DNA from: a virus
Lineage: Duplodnaviria > Caudoviricetes
Strand: one strand, 5' to 3'
DNA: 43,184 nt
IMG/VR virus record: IMGVR_UViG_3300037420_000654
Span: 1 to 43,184 of that record
The notes under the pieces are model-generated. The model did no database searches and was not told the DNA's origin. It saw only the letters and a program-made list of their open reading frames with translations. Made by a program: the position numbers and the translations under genes. Shown here one piece after another: positions 1 to 10,283 of the stretch (the stretch's first letter is position 1; the number at the start of each line of letters is the position of its first letter).

Positions 1-2
1 GG

Positions 3-206
3 CACGGCAATCATCCGGTCCTCTACATGTGCGCGGCGAATGCGGCGCTAGAGATCGACGCGGCGGAAAACCGCAAGTTCACCAAGAAGAAGTCCACTGG
101 CCGAATCGACGGCCTGGTGGCCTTGGCTATGGCCGTTGGGTCGGCGCGCGTCGGACGCGATGCGCCCACCAACCCCTACGAATCCCGAGGAATCCGGACA
201 CTGTGA
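3..206 (+). CDS. terL: Terminase large subunit, C-terminal fragment (5' truncated by window)
   Basis: Frame from nt 3 reads HGNHPVLYMCAANAALEIDAAENRKFTKKKSTGRIDGLVALAMAVG...RGIRTL*, the typical end of HK97-type TerL; stop overlaps portal start (GTGA). Not in the ORF track. Confidence 0.9.
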   Translation, partial: HGNHPVLYMCAANAALEIDAAENRKFTKKKSTGRIDGLVALAMAVGSARVGRDAPTNPYESRGIRTL

Positions 207-1645
207 AAGCGACTCGGGAAGAAATGGCAGCGGCCATCGAGCGCGCCCGCAATTCGGCGACCTTGCGCGAGCCGGAGTGGTGGCGGCAGATGCCGGCCTT
301 TGCGCCTACGATCTCCGGGCAAACGGTCACGCCGGAGACGGCGCTGGCGGTCACGGCAGTCTATGCGTGCGTGCTGATTCTCGCGGAGTCGGTCGCCTCG
401 CTGCCGATGAGCGTCTATCGGCGCTTGCCCAACGGCGGCAAGGAGATCGCGACCAACCATCCGGTCCACCAACTGCTGCACGTCGCCCCGAACGACGAGC
501 AGACGGCGTTCGAGGCCATCGAGTACCGCATGGCCTGTCTGGGCCTGCGGGGCAATGCGTATAGCGCGCTGGCGATCAACGGGCGCGGCGACATTCGCGA
601 TATTCAGCCGCTCCGTCCTCAGCACATGCGGCTGGACCGGGATGCGTCCGGGCGTCTGGTGTTCGACTACCAGGAGCCGGGCGCGGCGAAGGTCTACCCG
701 AAGAACCTGATCTGGTACACGCGCGGCTTCGGCACGGACGGCGTGACCGGCCTGTCACCCATCGGTGTTCACCGCGAGGCCATCGGCTACGCGATGACGC
801 TGAACGAGCATGGCAACCGGATGTTCGCCAATGGCGCGATGGTTGGTTCGACCATCGAGGTGCCGGTGGAATGGTCGGAAACTGCCTTCCAGAACTTCAA
901 GGCCGACTTCAAGGAAAACCACGGCGGGCGGCTCAACGCTAACAAGCCGCTGATCCTCGAGGCGGGTGCGAAGTTCAACACCATCGGCATGTCGCTGGTG
1001 GATGCCGAATATATCGCCAGCCTCAAGAATGCCATCGCGGAAGTCGCGCGGATCTACCGCATTCCGCTGCACATGCTCAATGAACTGGAGAACGCGACGT
1101 TCTCGAACATTGAGCACCAGTCGCTGGAGTTCGTGACCCGCACACTGCTCCCGTGGCTCAAGCGCATCGAGGATTCCGCGAACCGCGATCTGTTCGGGCC
1201 GCTGGAGCGCGGCACGTACTACGTCAAGTTCAACGTGGACGCCCTGCTGCGCGGCGACATCAAGAGCCGGTATGAGGCGTACCAGATCGCGGTCGGCGGC
1301 AATAACGGCCCCGGCTGGATGACCCGCAATGAAGTCCGCGTCCTGGAGGACATGGACCCATTGCCAGGGCTGGACGAGATCTACGTTCCGGCAGCGCCCG
1401 CTACGCCCAAGCCCGGCGATCCGACAGCAGAGAAGCCGCAGAAGGCCGGCAACAAGCTGCCCGCCATCGTCAAGGCGCTGCGGATCGAGCGCGAACGACG
1501 CGCGGACGACGCGAATTTCCACGGATGGGCCAGCGATTACCTGCATCGCATGTGCGAAGGCACCGACACCAACCCCCACGACATGCTGGATGACCTCCAG
1601 ACCCTCGGCGTAGAAGGCGCAATCGACCAATGGCTGAAATCCTGA
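203..1645 (+). CDS. HK97-family portal protein
   Basis: AVYACVLILAESVASLP, GLSPI, EVARIYRIP, ATFSNIEHQ, LLRGD, NEVR motifs; GTG at 203 overlapping TerL stop preferred over track start 29 (ATG 224 is an alternative). Confidence 0.95.
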   Translation: MKATREEMAAAIERARNSATLREPEWWRQMPAFAPTISGQTVTPETALAVTAVYACVLILAESVASLPMSVYRRLPNGGKEIATNHPVHQLLHVAPNDEQTAFEAIEYRMACLGLRGNAYSALAINGRGDIRDIQPLRPQHMRLDRDASGRLVFDYQEPGAAKVYPKNLIWYTRGFGTDGVTGLSPIGVHREAIGYAMTLNEHGNRMFANGAMVGSTIEVPVEWSETAFQNFKADFKENHGGRLNANKPLILEAGAKFNTIGMSLVDAEYIASLKNAIAEVARIYRIPLHMLNELENATFSNIEHQSLEFVTRTLLPWLKRIEDSANRDLFGPLERGTYYVKFNVDALLRGDIKSRYEAYQIAVGGNNGPGWMTRNEVRVLEDMDPLPGLDEIYVPAAPATPKPGDPTAEKPQKAGNKLPAIVKALRIERERRADDANFHGWASDYLHRMCEGTDTNPHDMLDDLQTLGVEGAIDQWLKS

Positions 1646-2253
1646 TCTACGACGACATCGGCCCAGAGGAGTGGGGCGGGGTGTCGGCAAAGGCCGTCAA
1701 GGCGCAGCTCGACGCGATGCCGGAGGCCGACCAGATCGTGGTCCGCATCAACTCGCCGGGCGGCGACGTGTTCGACGGCTTCGCGATCTACAACCTGCTC
1801 AAGCAGCACCCGGCCCACATCACCGTCAAGGTGGACGGCATGGCGGCCTCGGCTGCGTCGGTCATTGCGATGGCTGGCGACACCATCGAGATGGCCTCCA
1901 ACGCTCGCATGATGATCCACAACCCGTGGACGCTCGCTGTGGGCGACTCGGCGGAAATGCGGAAGAAGGCCGAACTGCTCGACCAGATCAAGGAATCCAT
2001 CGTCGCGACCTACAAGGCGCGCGTGAAGATGGAGGAGGCCGACATCGCCGAAGCGATGGACTCCGAATGGTGGTTCGGCGCCAAGGCTGCCATCGAGCAT
2101 GGCTTCGCCGACGCCGAGTCCGGCGCTGCCAAGGCCATCAATAACACCGCGAAGCCGTGGATTCGCAATGCGCCCGTGGAGCCTGTCGCTCCCGAGCCGC
2201 CTGCTGTCCCCGAGTTCCGCATCGCTGCCCGCCAGCGGTTCCCCATTAGCTAA
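1630..2253 (+). CDS. ClpP-like head maturation protease
   Basis: RINSPGGDVFDG, DGMAASAASVI, MMIHNPW motifs; between portal and capsid. Confidence 0.95.
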   Translation: MAEILIYDDIGPEEWGGVSAKAVKAQLDAMPEADQIVVRINSPGGDVFDGFAIYNLLKQHPAHITVKVDGMAASAASVIAMAGDTIEMASNARMMIHNPWTLAVGDSAEMRKKAELLDQIKESIVATYKARVKMEEADIAEAMDSEWWFGAKAAIEHGFADAESGAAKAINNTAKPWIRNAPVEPVAPEPPAVPEFRIAARQRFPIS

Positions 2254-2304
2254 GGGCGGACGCCCCAGCTAAACGCCAACGGCGGACGCCTGAGGCAATC
2301 AACC

Positions 2305-2328
2305 AAGCCGCCGAGAGGCGGTTTTTTT
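2305..2328 (+). terminator. Intrinsic terminator-like hairpin before capsid gene
   Basis: AAGCCGCC-GAGA-GGCGG followed by T7. Confidence 0.6.
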
Positions 2329-2363
2329 GTGCCCGAAAGGGCGTCCAACTGAGACAACCCCAA

Positions 2364-3548
2364 ATGATCGACAACAAGCTGCTGGCCGAACGCGGCCAGT
2401 GCATCGAAGCCATGCGCGCATTGCTGAACCGCGCCGAGGCAGAAGGCCGCGATCTGTCGGCCGACGAGCAGGCCGAGTACGGCCGCCACGAAGCCCGTCA
2501 GACCGAGATCGGCAACCTCGCCAAGCGCGCCGAGAAGTTCGGCCAGCTCGACGCGGAAGTGGGCCAGGCGGTGAACACCGTCACCAAGCTCGCCGTCGCG
2601 GCGGATGGCCGCAAGGACTTCCGCAACAGCGCCGAATACAAGGAAGCCCTCGATGTCGTGCTGCGCCGTGGTTCGGCGGGCATTCTCGACCCGCGCATCC
2701 ACAACGCCCTTCAGGTCGGCACCAACTCCGAGGGCGGCTATGTCGTCCCGCAGGAGTTCGAGACGACCCTGCTGGAAGCCCTCCAGGACATCAATGAGAT
2801 CCGCAACTACGTCTCGGTGATCTCGACGGCCTCGCAGCACCACATCCCGGTCGAATCGACGCTCGGTTCAGCGGCGTGGACGGCGGAAGAAGCGGCCTAC
2901 AACGAGTCCGATGCGGCGTTCAACCGCGTCACGCTGAACGACTACAAGGCCACCACGATCATCAAGGTGTCCGAGGAGCTGCTCCGCGATTCGTTCTTCG
3001 ACATGCAGGGCTACCTGGCTCGCAACTTCGGCAAGCGGTTCGGCATCCTTGAGGAAGCCGCGTTCGTCAACGGCGACGGCTCGGCCAAGCCGACCGGCAT
3101 CGTGCCGGGCGCGTCGCTGGGCAAGACCGCTGCGGGCACCGCCGCGATCACCACGGACGAGCTGATCGACCTGTACCACTCGCTGAATCGTCCGTACCGC
3201 AAGAACGCGGTGTGGATGATGGCCGACGGCACCGCCAAGCTGATCCGCAAGCTGAAGGACACGACCAATCAGTACCTCTGGCAGCCGGGCCTTGTGGCCG
3301 GTCAGCCGGACACGCTGCTGGGTCGTCCGGTCATCGTGTCCAACTCGATGCCGGCCGCGACCACTGGCCTGAAGTCGGTGGTGTTCGGTGATCTGTCGTA
3401 CTACACGGTCGCCGACCGTCAGGGCGTCACCGTGCAGCGTCTGAACGAGCTGTACGCCGCCACCGGCCAGGTGGGCTTCCGCGCCTTCAAGCGCACCGAC
3501 GGCAAGGTCACGCTGTCGGAAGCCATCAAGTATCTGATCCAGGCGTAA
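2364..3548 (+). CDS. HK97-fold major capsid protein with N-terminal delta domain
   Basis: Coiled-coil N-terminus, GGYVVP, VSEELLRDS, FVNGDGSAKPTGI, LKDTTNQYLWQP, LLGRPV, FGDLS. Confidence 0.96.
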   Translation: MIDNKLLAERGQCIEAMRALLNRAEAEGRDLSADEQAEYGRHEARQTEIGNLAKRAEKFGQLDAEVGQAVNTVTKLAVAADGRKDFRNSAEYKEALDVVLRRGSAGILDPRIHNALQVGTNSEGGYVVPQEFETTLLEALQDINEIRNYVSVISTASQHHIPVESTLGSAAWTAEEAAYNESDAAFNRVTLNDYKATTIIKVSEELLRDSFFDMQGYLARNFGKRFGILEEAAFVNGDGSAKPTGIVPGASLGKTAAGTAAITTDELIDLYHSLNRPYRKNAVWMMADGTAKLIRKLKDTTNQYLWQPGLVAGQPDTLLGRPVIVSNSMPAATTGLKSVVFGDLSYYTVADRQGVTVQRLNELYAATGQVGFRAFKRTDGKVTLSEAIKYLIQA

Positions 3549-3555
3549 GACCTCG

Positions 3556-3589
3556 GCGGGGTCGGGCTTCGGCTCGGCCCCGCTTTTTT
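3556..3589 (+). terminator. Intrinsic terminator after capsid gene
   Basis: GCGGGGTCGGGC-TTCG-GCTCGGCCCCGC then T6. Confidence 0.8.
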
Positions 3590-3598
3590 GGAGGCCAT

Positions 3599-3769
3599 AT
3601 GGCAGTTCGCATGTTGTGTGCAATGGCCGGCGACGACTTTTCGGTCGTGGCGGGCAACAAATACGAATCGGACGCGGCCCATGAGGCGCGGCTGATCGAG
3701 GCCGGCTTGGCCGAGCCGTGGGTGGAGGAGGGCGAGAAGCCCGCCCCGAAGGCCAAGAAGCAGAAATGA
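3599..3769 (+). CDS. Small post-capsid virion/assembly protein (56 aa)
   Basis: GGAGG RBS; MAVRMLCAMAG...ARLIEAGLAEP...KAKKQK*; ATGA overlap with next gene. Below track cutoff. Confidence 0.7.
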   Translation: MAVRMLCAMAGDDFSVVAGNKYESDAAHEARLIEAGLAEPWVEEGEKPAPKAKKQK

Positions 3770-4338
3770 TCCTCTCCCGCGTCACCGCCCTCGTCGCGTC
3801 GCCTGTCTCGCTGGACGAGGCCAAGGCGCATCTGCGCGTCACCGTCACCGATGAGGACACGGCGATCCAGATGTACCTCGACGCGGCCGTCGCCCATGTG
3901 GACGGCGCGGAGGGCGTGCTGGGGCGCTGCCTCGTGACGCAGGAATGGGATTACACGTTCGACCGCTTCCCGTACAGCCGAGGCTGCTGGGACGCCATCG
4001 ACGTGCCGCTGCCGACGCTCCAGAGCGTCACCAGCGTGAAGTATTACGACCCGGACGGTGTGCAGCAGACGATGGACCCGGCCGGCTACATCGCCAGCGG
4101 GCAGCAGATCGTTCCAGTGGACGCATGGCCGGACTACGACACCACGCGCCCCGGCGCGGTCACGGTGCGATTCACGGCCGGCTATGGCAATGCGGCGAGC
4201 GTGCCTGCGGCGATCAAGGCCGCGATCCTGCTCTACATCGGCGACCTGTACGCCAACCGCGAGGCGCAGGGCGAGCAGCTGTTCGCCAATGACGCGGCTC
4301 GCCGCCTGTTGGCTCCGTTCCGGAAGGTGCGAGTGTGA
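3766..4338 (+). CDS. Head-tail connector (HK97 gp6-like)
   Basis: PVSLDEAKAHLRV, VPAAIKAAILL, LYANRE; ATG at 3766. Confidence 0.9.
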   Translation: MILSRVTALVASPVSLDEAKAHLRVTVTDEDTAIQMYLDAAVAHVDGAEGVLGRCLVTQEWDYTFDRFPYSRGCWDAIDVPLPTLQSVTSVKYYDPDGVQQTMDPAGYIASGQQIVPVDAWPDYDTTRPGAVTVRFTAGYGNAASVPAAIKAAILLYIGDLYANREAQGEQLFANDAARRLLAPFRKVRV

Positions 4339-4664
4339 AAGCGGGCTCGCTGCGGTCCTACATCACGCTCCAGACGCGCGACAGCGGCACGGACGATGCC
4401 GGCCAGCCGGTGCAGACGTGGACGGATCTCGCGAGCGTGTGGGCGGACATTCGCGGCGCGAACGGCCTGAACACCATCAAGGCGTCGCTGGATGGCGTGG
4501 AGATCAACGCCTACAGCTTCCGCATCCGGTATCGCACTGACGTCGATGCCGCCAAGCGCGTGGTGCATAACGGCCAGAACTATGACGTGAAGCAGGTCAG
4601 GCACGACTTCGCGCGGAAGGAGTGGACGGACCTGATTTGCGAGGTGGGCGGCAATGACGGTTAG
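4335..4664 (+). CDS. Head closure protein (SPP1 gp16-like)
   Basis: MKAGSLRSYITLQ, W..LASVWADI, FRIRYR; position. Confidence 0.88.
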   Translation: MKAGSLRSYITLQTRDSGTDDAGQPVQTWTDLASVWADIRGANGLNTIKASLDGVEINAYSFRIRYRTDVDAAKRVVHNGQNYDVKQVRHDFARKEWTDLICEVGGNDG

Positions 4665-5136
4665 CGCCAAGCTCGACGTGTCCGGCTGGACGAAGGCGCT
4701 GGACAAGTTGGCCGGCGAGAAGCGCGTCAGCCTGGCCCGCTCCATGTGCGTGGCGGGCGGCAAAGTGTTTGAGGCCGAGGCAAAGCTGCAAGCCCCGGTG
4801 AAGGATGGCGTCCTCCAAAACGCCATCTACCTTGCGTTCAAGGATGCGGAATCGACCGCCGAGCGCGTGAAGTATTCGGTGAGTTGGAATCACCGCAAGG
4901 CACCACACGGGCATCTGATCGAGTTCGGCCACTGGCAGCCTTACAAGGTCGTCAAGCTGCCCAACGGCGACTGGTTCACCACGAAGGAAAAGCTGCCGAG
5001 CCCGAATTGGATCGCGGCGAAGCCGTTCCTGCGGCCGGCCTACGACATCGCAAAAGAGCGCGCCGTGCAGGCCATGATCGAGCGCGGCAAGCAGCGCCTG
5101 CCGGAATTGCTCACGGAGAACGAGAGTGGGGATTGA
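4654..5136 (+). CDS. HK97 gp10-family neck protein
   Basis: APVKDGVLQ, HGHLIEFG, AKPFLRPAYD. Confidence 0.88.
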   Translation: MTVSAKLDVSGWTKALDKLAGEKRVSLARSMCVAGGKVFEAEAKLQAPVKDGVLQNAIYLAFKDAESTAERVKYSVSWNHRKAPHGHLIEFGHWQPYKVVKLPNGDWFTTKEKLPSPNWIAAKPFLRPAYDIAKERAVQAMIERGKQRLPELLTENESGD

Positions 5137-5485
5137 GGCCAGCATCAAGACGGCGCTGGCGTCGATTGCGGGCGGGCGCGTGTATCCCGATACGACAGAT
5201 GGTGTTCCCACACCGCTGGTCTATCCGCTGGTCATTTACCAGCAGGTCGGCGGCGATGTCATCAACCCGCTGGAATGCACCGATCCCAACCTTGACAACG
5301 CCCGCATCCAAGTGTGGGTGTGGTCTAAGACGCGCCTGGAAGCGTCCAGCGTCATGCGGCAGGTCCGCGTCGCGCTCACCGGATCGCTCAAAGCCTTTGC
5401 GCTCGGCGCGCCTGTGTCCGATTACGTCGAAGAACTGAAGAACTACGGCAGCCGGATGGATTTCTCCATCTGGTATGCGCCCTAA
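5126..5485 (+). CDS. Tail terminator/completion protein (DUF3168-like)
   Basis: GRVYP, P.VIYQQVGG, RIQVWVW; position before tail tube. Confidence 0.8.
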   Translation: MGIEASIKTALASIAGGRVYPDTTDGVPTPLVYPLVIYQQVGGDVINPLECTDPNLDNARIQVWVWSKTRLEASSVMRQVRVALTGSLKAFALGAPVSDYVEELKNYGSRMDFSIWYAP

Positions 5486-5812
5486 GCAGGTGGCGACAAC
5501 CTGCAAGGCAGCCGGTGAAGGTTGGCGAGGTGAATATCGGCGAGGTCGCGACCGCCGCCACACGCCCAGCCCTGACGGGAACGGTGAAGGCGTCGCTCGC
5601 CCTGACGTTCTAGGCCAAAACTGTCGCGCCTAATCCGAAGGTTCGCCATTGCGCGGGCCTTTCTCGTTTCAAGCCCCGACTAGCCCTCGTCGTGAGACGC
5701 GCGAAATCGGGCACCTGTTTGGCCCGGTCTGCGGACCCGTGCCAACCCGCAATCGGAATACGCGATTCCGAGCAGACCGCCGTGAGGCGGCCTTTCCCAT
5801 CGAGATGGAACA
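5486..5812 (+). ncRNA. Candidate structured RNA / long leader before tail tube gene
   Basis: ~330 nt gap in an otherwise overlapping operon with several hairpins, two with GTGA tetraloops; no convincing ORF; family not recognised. Confidence 0.4.
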
Positions 5813-5818
5813 ACACAA

Positions 5819-6466
5819 ATGGCATACACGATCGCGAATGGCTCGACCATTCATATCGGCTCTGCGGTCGGCTCCTCGCTGACTGTCACCGTTGCTACGA
5901 ACGCCTCCCCGTGCGTGATGACCTCGACGGCCCACGGCCTGTCGAACGGCGACTACATCATCGTGACCTCGGGCTGGTCCCGCGTCACCGACAAGGTGTG
6001 GCGCGTCGCCAACGTCACCGCCAACACGTTCGAGCTGGAAGGCAGCAACACCAGCGACACGACCGTCTACGCGGCCGGATCGGGCACGGGCTCGGTCAAG
6101 AAGGTCACGACCTGGACCCAGCTCACGCAGGTTCTGTCGGTCAGCTCACAGGGCGGCGAACAGCAGTACGCGACCTACCAGCCGCTGGAAGGCGACCGCG
6201 AAGTCCGCATCCCGACCGTCAAGAGCGGCGGCGGCCTCGACATCGAGGTCGGCGACGACCCGACGCTTGCGGGCTTCCAGGCGTTCATGACCGCCAACGA
6301 CTCGCGCACCGCCTATGCGGTCCGCATCACGGCGGCCAATAGCGGCAAGTCGCTGTTCTACAGCTACATCTCGGCCGACAAGGTGCCGCAGATGAATGTC
6401 AACGATGTGCAGAAGGCGCGCATCACGCTGTCGCATCTGAACGAAGCCGTGCGTTACGCGACCTAA
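5819..6466 (+). CDS. Major tail tube protein
   Basis: NGSTIHI, Ig-like insertion, WTQLTQVLSVSSQGGEQQY, IPTVKS; precedes chaperone and tape measure. Confidence 0.88.
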   Translation: MAYTIANGSTIHIGSAVGSSLTVTVATNASPCVMTSTAHGLSNGDYIIVTSGWSRVTDKVWRVANVTANTFELEGSNTSDTTVYAAGSGTGSVKKVTTWTQLTQVLSVSSQGGEQQYATYQPLEGDREVRIPTVKSGGGLDIEVGDDPTLAGFQAFMTANDSRTAYAVRITAANSGKSLFYSYISADKVPQMNVNDVQKARITLSHLNEAVRYAT

Positions 6467-6521
6467 TGGACCGGGGAGGCCCGGTGCATTGGGCCTCCCC
6501 TTCCCCAGCAGGAGCTAGACG

Positions 6522-6830
6522 ATGTTCAAGATTCAAGCCAACCCCACCATTGACGCGAAGCTGACCCTCATCGGGCAGGGCCGCGAGCAGGTGCTGGAGT
6601 TGACGTTCAAACATTCCACCCGATCGGACTACCTCCAGTTGCTGTCGGACGTGCGTGAGGAAAAACGCAAGCCCGAGGACGCGCTGGCGAGCCTGATCGA
6701 GAAGTGGAACGCCGACATGGCCGTCTCGGCTGACGCGATGAAGGCATTGGACGAGCACCAGCCGGGCGCGCTCATGGCGATCCTCAATGCCTATGGCGAC
6801 GCCCTGGTCGTGGCCCGCAAGGGAAACTGA
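6522..6830 (+). CDS. Tail assembly chaperone (gpG-like)
   Basis: Position after tail tube; ends AAG GGA AAC TGA containing slippery heptamer. Confidence 0.88.
   Translation: MFKIQANPTIDAKLTLIGQGREQVLELTFKHSTRSDYLQLLSDVREEKRKPEDALASLIEKWNADMAVSADAMKALDEHQPGALMAILNAYGDALVVARKGN
6821..6827 (+). other. Programmed -1 ribosomal frameshift site G GGA AAC
   Basis: XXXYYYZ heptamer in correct phase; -1 frame open from 6821 to 7177. Confidence 0.85.
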
Positions 6831-7177
6831 TCGGCAGCGCCCGCGTCCTCCGCGATGGCTTGCCGACGCCGGAGGACTTGTCGAACGCGGGCCTTGAACC
6901 CGAGGACTGCACGACGCCCAACGAGGATGGCGTGTATTACGACCTCGGCGACAAAGCGTGGCGCTGCCAGATTTGGGAAGAAAACTGGCCCGCGCTCAGT
7001 TTGTACCTGCGGCTGCATACCCAATGGCGCGTCGGCTTCAGCGGTGCCGTAGGACTGGATTACAACGTCCTGTTCCACGAATTGGACCGGATGCACCTCG
7101 ACCCCGATGACTACGACGACCTGTTCGGGTCCGTCCGCGTGATCGAAGAAACGATGCTGAACCCCAAGCCCGCCTAG
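6821..7177 (+). CDS. gpT-like frameshift extension of tail chaperone (DUF1799-like)
   Basis: [29 protein letters not shown]; no good independent start. Confidence 0.85.
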   Translation, partial: GKLIGSARVLRDGLPTPEDLSNAGLEPEDCTTPNEDGVYYDLGDKAWRCQIWEENWPALSLYLRLHTQWRVGFSGAVGLDYNVLFHELDRMHLDPDDYDDLFGSVRVIEETMLNPKPA

Positions 7178-7196
7178 TGCGGGCTTTTTCCTTTTT
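7166..7196 (+). terminator. Terminator-like hairpin before tape measure gene
   Basis: AAGCCCGC-CTAGT-GCGGGCTTTTT. Confidence 0.6.
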
Positions 7197-7205
7197 GAGA
7201 GTCCC

Positions 7206-10200
7206 ATGACCGAAGAAAGCATCGGCACTGCCCGCCTAGATTTGGTGGCGGACACGTCCGAGTTTGTCGTCGGCGTGGAGGCAGCCAAGAAAGCGACGGC
7301 CGACCTTGGGCGGGCGACGCAGCAGTCCGCGAAGGTCGCGGCCGATGGCATCGCCAAGACCAACGCGGCGGCCAAAAGCACGGCCGATGCGATTCGCGGT
7401 TCGGCCAACGCGGTTGAGCAGAACACCCGGCGCCAAATCAATTCGCTGGAGAAGTTGGCCCGCACCTACGGGCTGACCCGCGAGGAGCAGATCCGGTACC
7501 GGATCGAGACGCAAACCACGGGTGACGTGCAGAAGCGCCTGCTGTCGATCTTTGACCAGCAGGTCGCGAAAGTTAACAGCAGCGGCCGTGCGCTCGATGC
7601 CTATGGCATGAGCGCGAAGCAGACCGCAGCGGCCCTTCGGGGCGTGCCGGCGCAGCTCACCGACATCTTCACCGGCCTTGCCACCGGCCAGCGTCCGATC
7701 AACATCCTGCTCCAGCAGGGCGGTCAGTTGAAGGACATGTTCGGCGGCATCGTGCCGGCCATTCGTGCCGTTGGTGGCGCGGTTGCGGGCCTCATCAACC
7801 CGTTCACCCTCACGGCGGCAGCAGTTGTCGGGCTGGGAGTGGCGTGGAACAAGGCCAACGACGAGGCCGAGGCGTTCAACAAGGCGCTCATCCTGTCGGG
7901 CAATGCGGTGGGACTGACGCGCCAGCAGTTGGAAGGTGTTGCGGCCTCGATTGCCAACACGACCGACGCCACGCAGGGCAAGGTGTCCGAGGCGCTGGCC
8001 CAAGTCGCGGCGTCCGGGCAGTTCACCGCCAAGCAGATGCAGATGGTCGCGCAGGCCGCCGTCGAGATGCAGCAGGCGACCGGCCAGTCCATCGAAAAGA
8101 CGGTTCAGGACTTTGCCTCGCTGAAGGGCGACCCGCTTGACGGCATCCTCAAACTCAACGACGCGATTGGCGACGGCACCAACGTCGTCCGCTTCCTGAC
8201 GCAAGCCCAGGCCGAGGAAATCGCCAAGCTCAAGGAGCAGGGCGACACCGCTGGGGCTACTGACCTTGCGTTCAAGGCGCTGTTCGACGGCATTAACTCG
8301 CGTGCTCCACAAGCCGCGCAGCAGATGTCGCTGCTCGGCGGCGTGCTGCACACCATTTCGGTCGAGGCCAAGCAAGACCTCGACGCCATCGTCGGGTTCT
8401 TCCGGGGTGCGGACGAAGGCATCCGCAGCTTCATCCTCACCCACGAGAAGATGCTGCGGTCGGTGGGCAATGTGGCGGCGGCATTGCCGAGCAACATCTT
8501 CGGCAACGCGCAGTTGGATGTCCTCAACTCCACGATTGATGCCGCCAAGCGCGCGTCCCGCCCGACCTTCTCCAATGTCACGGACGGAAGCGGCGCGGCG
8601 GATGCATCCAAGATCCACGCCCGCGAAGAAGCGCAACAGGAATTTGACCGTCTCGCCCTGAGCAACCTCAGCAAGCGCGAGAAGCTGGAAAACGAGATCA
8701 AGGAGATTCGCGAGAAGGGACTCGCGGCAGGCAAGTCGCAGCTTGCGATTGACACGGCCGTTGCCAACGCCCGCGCCCGCTATGCCGAAAGCCAGAAGAA
8801 GGGCAATTCGGGCGCAGGCATTGAATCGGCTACGTCAAAGAACTCCATTCAGGCGTTCGAGGATCAGCTCAAGAAAGAGCAGGGGTTGATCGCCAACCAG
8901 ACACAGGTGCTGGAGGCCAACTACGCCGCCCGCAACATCACGGTGGCCGCCTACTACAAGGAACAGAAGCGCCTCGCCCAAGAAAACACGGACGTGCAGG
9001 TCAAGGCGCTGGAAGGCGAGATCGCCGCGCTCGGTGCCCGCAACGTCAATGGCAAGGTCTCCATCGAGAACGCGACCGAGATCGCGCAGAAGGAAGCCGA
9101 GCTGGCGAAGGTCCGCGCCGATGGTGCGACAAAGCTGGAAGTCCTGAACATTCAGGAGGCCGCGCAGCTCAAGCAACGCCAGCAGTTGCTGACCTCCTAC
9201 AACGACGCGCTCAAGCAGACGGAAGATACGCTCCACGACGAGTTGGACAACCAAGTCGCCCGCATTTCGATGGGCGAGCGCGAGTTCGAGATGCGCTCGC
9301 GGATCAACCAGATCCTGCGGCAGCAGTCGAAGGAGCTGCTGGACCTGGCCCGCGCCCGCGACGCCGATCCAGCCAATGCCGACCTGTACGACAAGCAGGC
9401 CGCTGCGCTGGAAGCCTCCGTGGCCCGCCAGGTGCAGGCCGTGCGCGACGGCTATCGCGAAATGAGCGAGGCGCAGGCGAATTGGTCGAACGGCGCGATC
9501 AAGGCGTTCACCGACTACGCGGACGCTGCGAATGACGTGGCGGGGCAGACCTACGGCATCTTCTCGGACGCCCTGCATGGTCTGGAGGATGTCTTTGTTG
9601 ACTTCTTCACCAAGGGCAAGGCGGACTGGAAGGGCTTTTTCGACGGCATCGCGGCCGAGATCACCCGCTTCATCGTCCGCCAGCAACTGAGCAAGCTCGC
9701 GCAGAAGTTCCTGCCGGGCCTGACGGGCGGCGAGGGCGATTCCTCGGCGAGCGCCTTGTCCGGTGCAGCGGGGCAGCTCGCAGCCTCGGCCACTCCGTTG
9801 TACGGCGCAGCGGCGGCCCTGAGTGCATCGGCGACGGCTTTGGCGGCGGCCGGGGCTGGGCAAGGCATCAGTGGCGGTGCCACCACGGGCGGCAGCGGAA
9901 GCTGGATCGACTCGCTGTTTTCGCTGTTCTCCAGCGGTGGCGGCGAACAGTGGTACGCCAACGGCGGCGCGTTCTCGCGGGGTCAAGAAGTTCAGGCGTT
10001 CGCCTATGGCGGCGTTGTCTCCAGCCCGACCAACTTCGGCATGTCCGGTGGTCGCCTTGGCCTGATGGGCGAGGCCGGCCCCGAAGCGATCCTCCCGCTG
10101 CATCGCGGTCCTGACGGAAAGCTCGGCGTGCGCATGGAAGCCGCGAACGAGCCTGTCCGCACCGGCCCCACGGTCGTGAACCAGACCGTCGTCGTGCAGG

Positions 10201-10283
10201 GCCGCGTCGACTCCCGCACCGCTTCCCAATTCGCGCAGGCGACCGCCCGCGAACAGAACCGCGCGTCCTCCCGGAATCGCTAA
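7206..10283 (+). CDS. Tape measure protein (lambda family)
   Basis: 1025 aa Ala/Gln-rich; VPAQLTDI...[14 protein letters not shown]; C-terminal [18 protein letters not shown]. Confidence 0.96.
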   Translation: MTEESIGTARLDLVADTSEFVVGVEAAKKATADLGRATQQSAKVAADGIAKTNAAAKSTADAIRGSANAVEQNTRRQINSLEKLARTYGLTREEQIRYRIETQTTGDVQKRLLSIFDQQVAKVNSSGRALDAYGMSAKQTAAALRGVPAQLTDIFTGLATGQRPINILLQQGGQLKDMFGGIVPAIRAVGGAVAGLINPFTLTAAAVVGLGVAWNKANDEAEAFNKALILSGNAVGLTRQQLEGVAASIANTTDATQGKVSEALAQVAASGQFTAKQMQMVAQAAVEMQQATGQSIEKTVQDFASLKGDPLDGILKLNDAIGDGTNVVRFLTQAQAEEIAKLKEQGDTAGATDLAFKALFDGINSRAPQAAQQMSLLGGVLHTISVEAKQDLDAIVGFFRGADEGIRSFILTHEKMLRSVGNVAAALPSNIFGNAQLDVLNSTIDAAKRASRPTFSNVTDGSGAADASKIHAREEAQQEFDRLALSNLSKREKLENEIKEIREKGLAAGKSQLAIDTAVANARARYAESQKKGNSGAGIESATSKNSIQAFEDQLKKEQGLIANQTQVLEANYAARNITVAAYYKEQKRLAQENTDVQVKALEGEIAALGARNVNGKVSIENATEIAQKEAELAKVRADGATKLEVLNIQEAAQLKQRQQLLTSYNDALKQTEDTLHDELDNQVARISMGEREFEMRSRINQILRQQSKELLDLARARDADPANADLYDKQAAALEASVARQVQAVRDGYREMSEAQANWSNGAIKAFTDYADAANDVAGQTYGIFSDALHGLEDVFVDFFTKGKADWKGFFDGIAAEITRFIVRQQLSKLAQKFLPGLTGGEGDSSASALSGAAGQLAASATPLYGAAAALSASATALAAAGAGQGISGGATTGGSGSWIDSLFSLFSSGGGEQWYANGGAFSRGQEVQAFAYGGVVSSPTNFGMSGGRLGLMGEAGPEAILPLHRGPDGKLGVRMEAANEPVRTGPTVVNQTVVVQGRVDSRTASQFAQATAREQNRASSRNR

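Noticed and set aside
29-202. N-terminal extension of portal in the ORF track
   Set aside because: This stretch encodes the TerL C-terminus in another frame.
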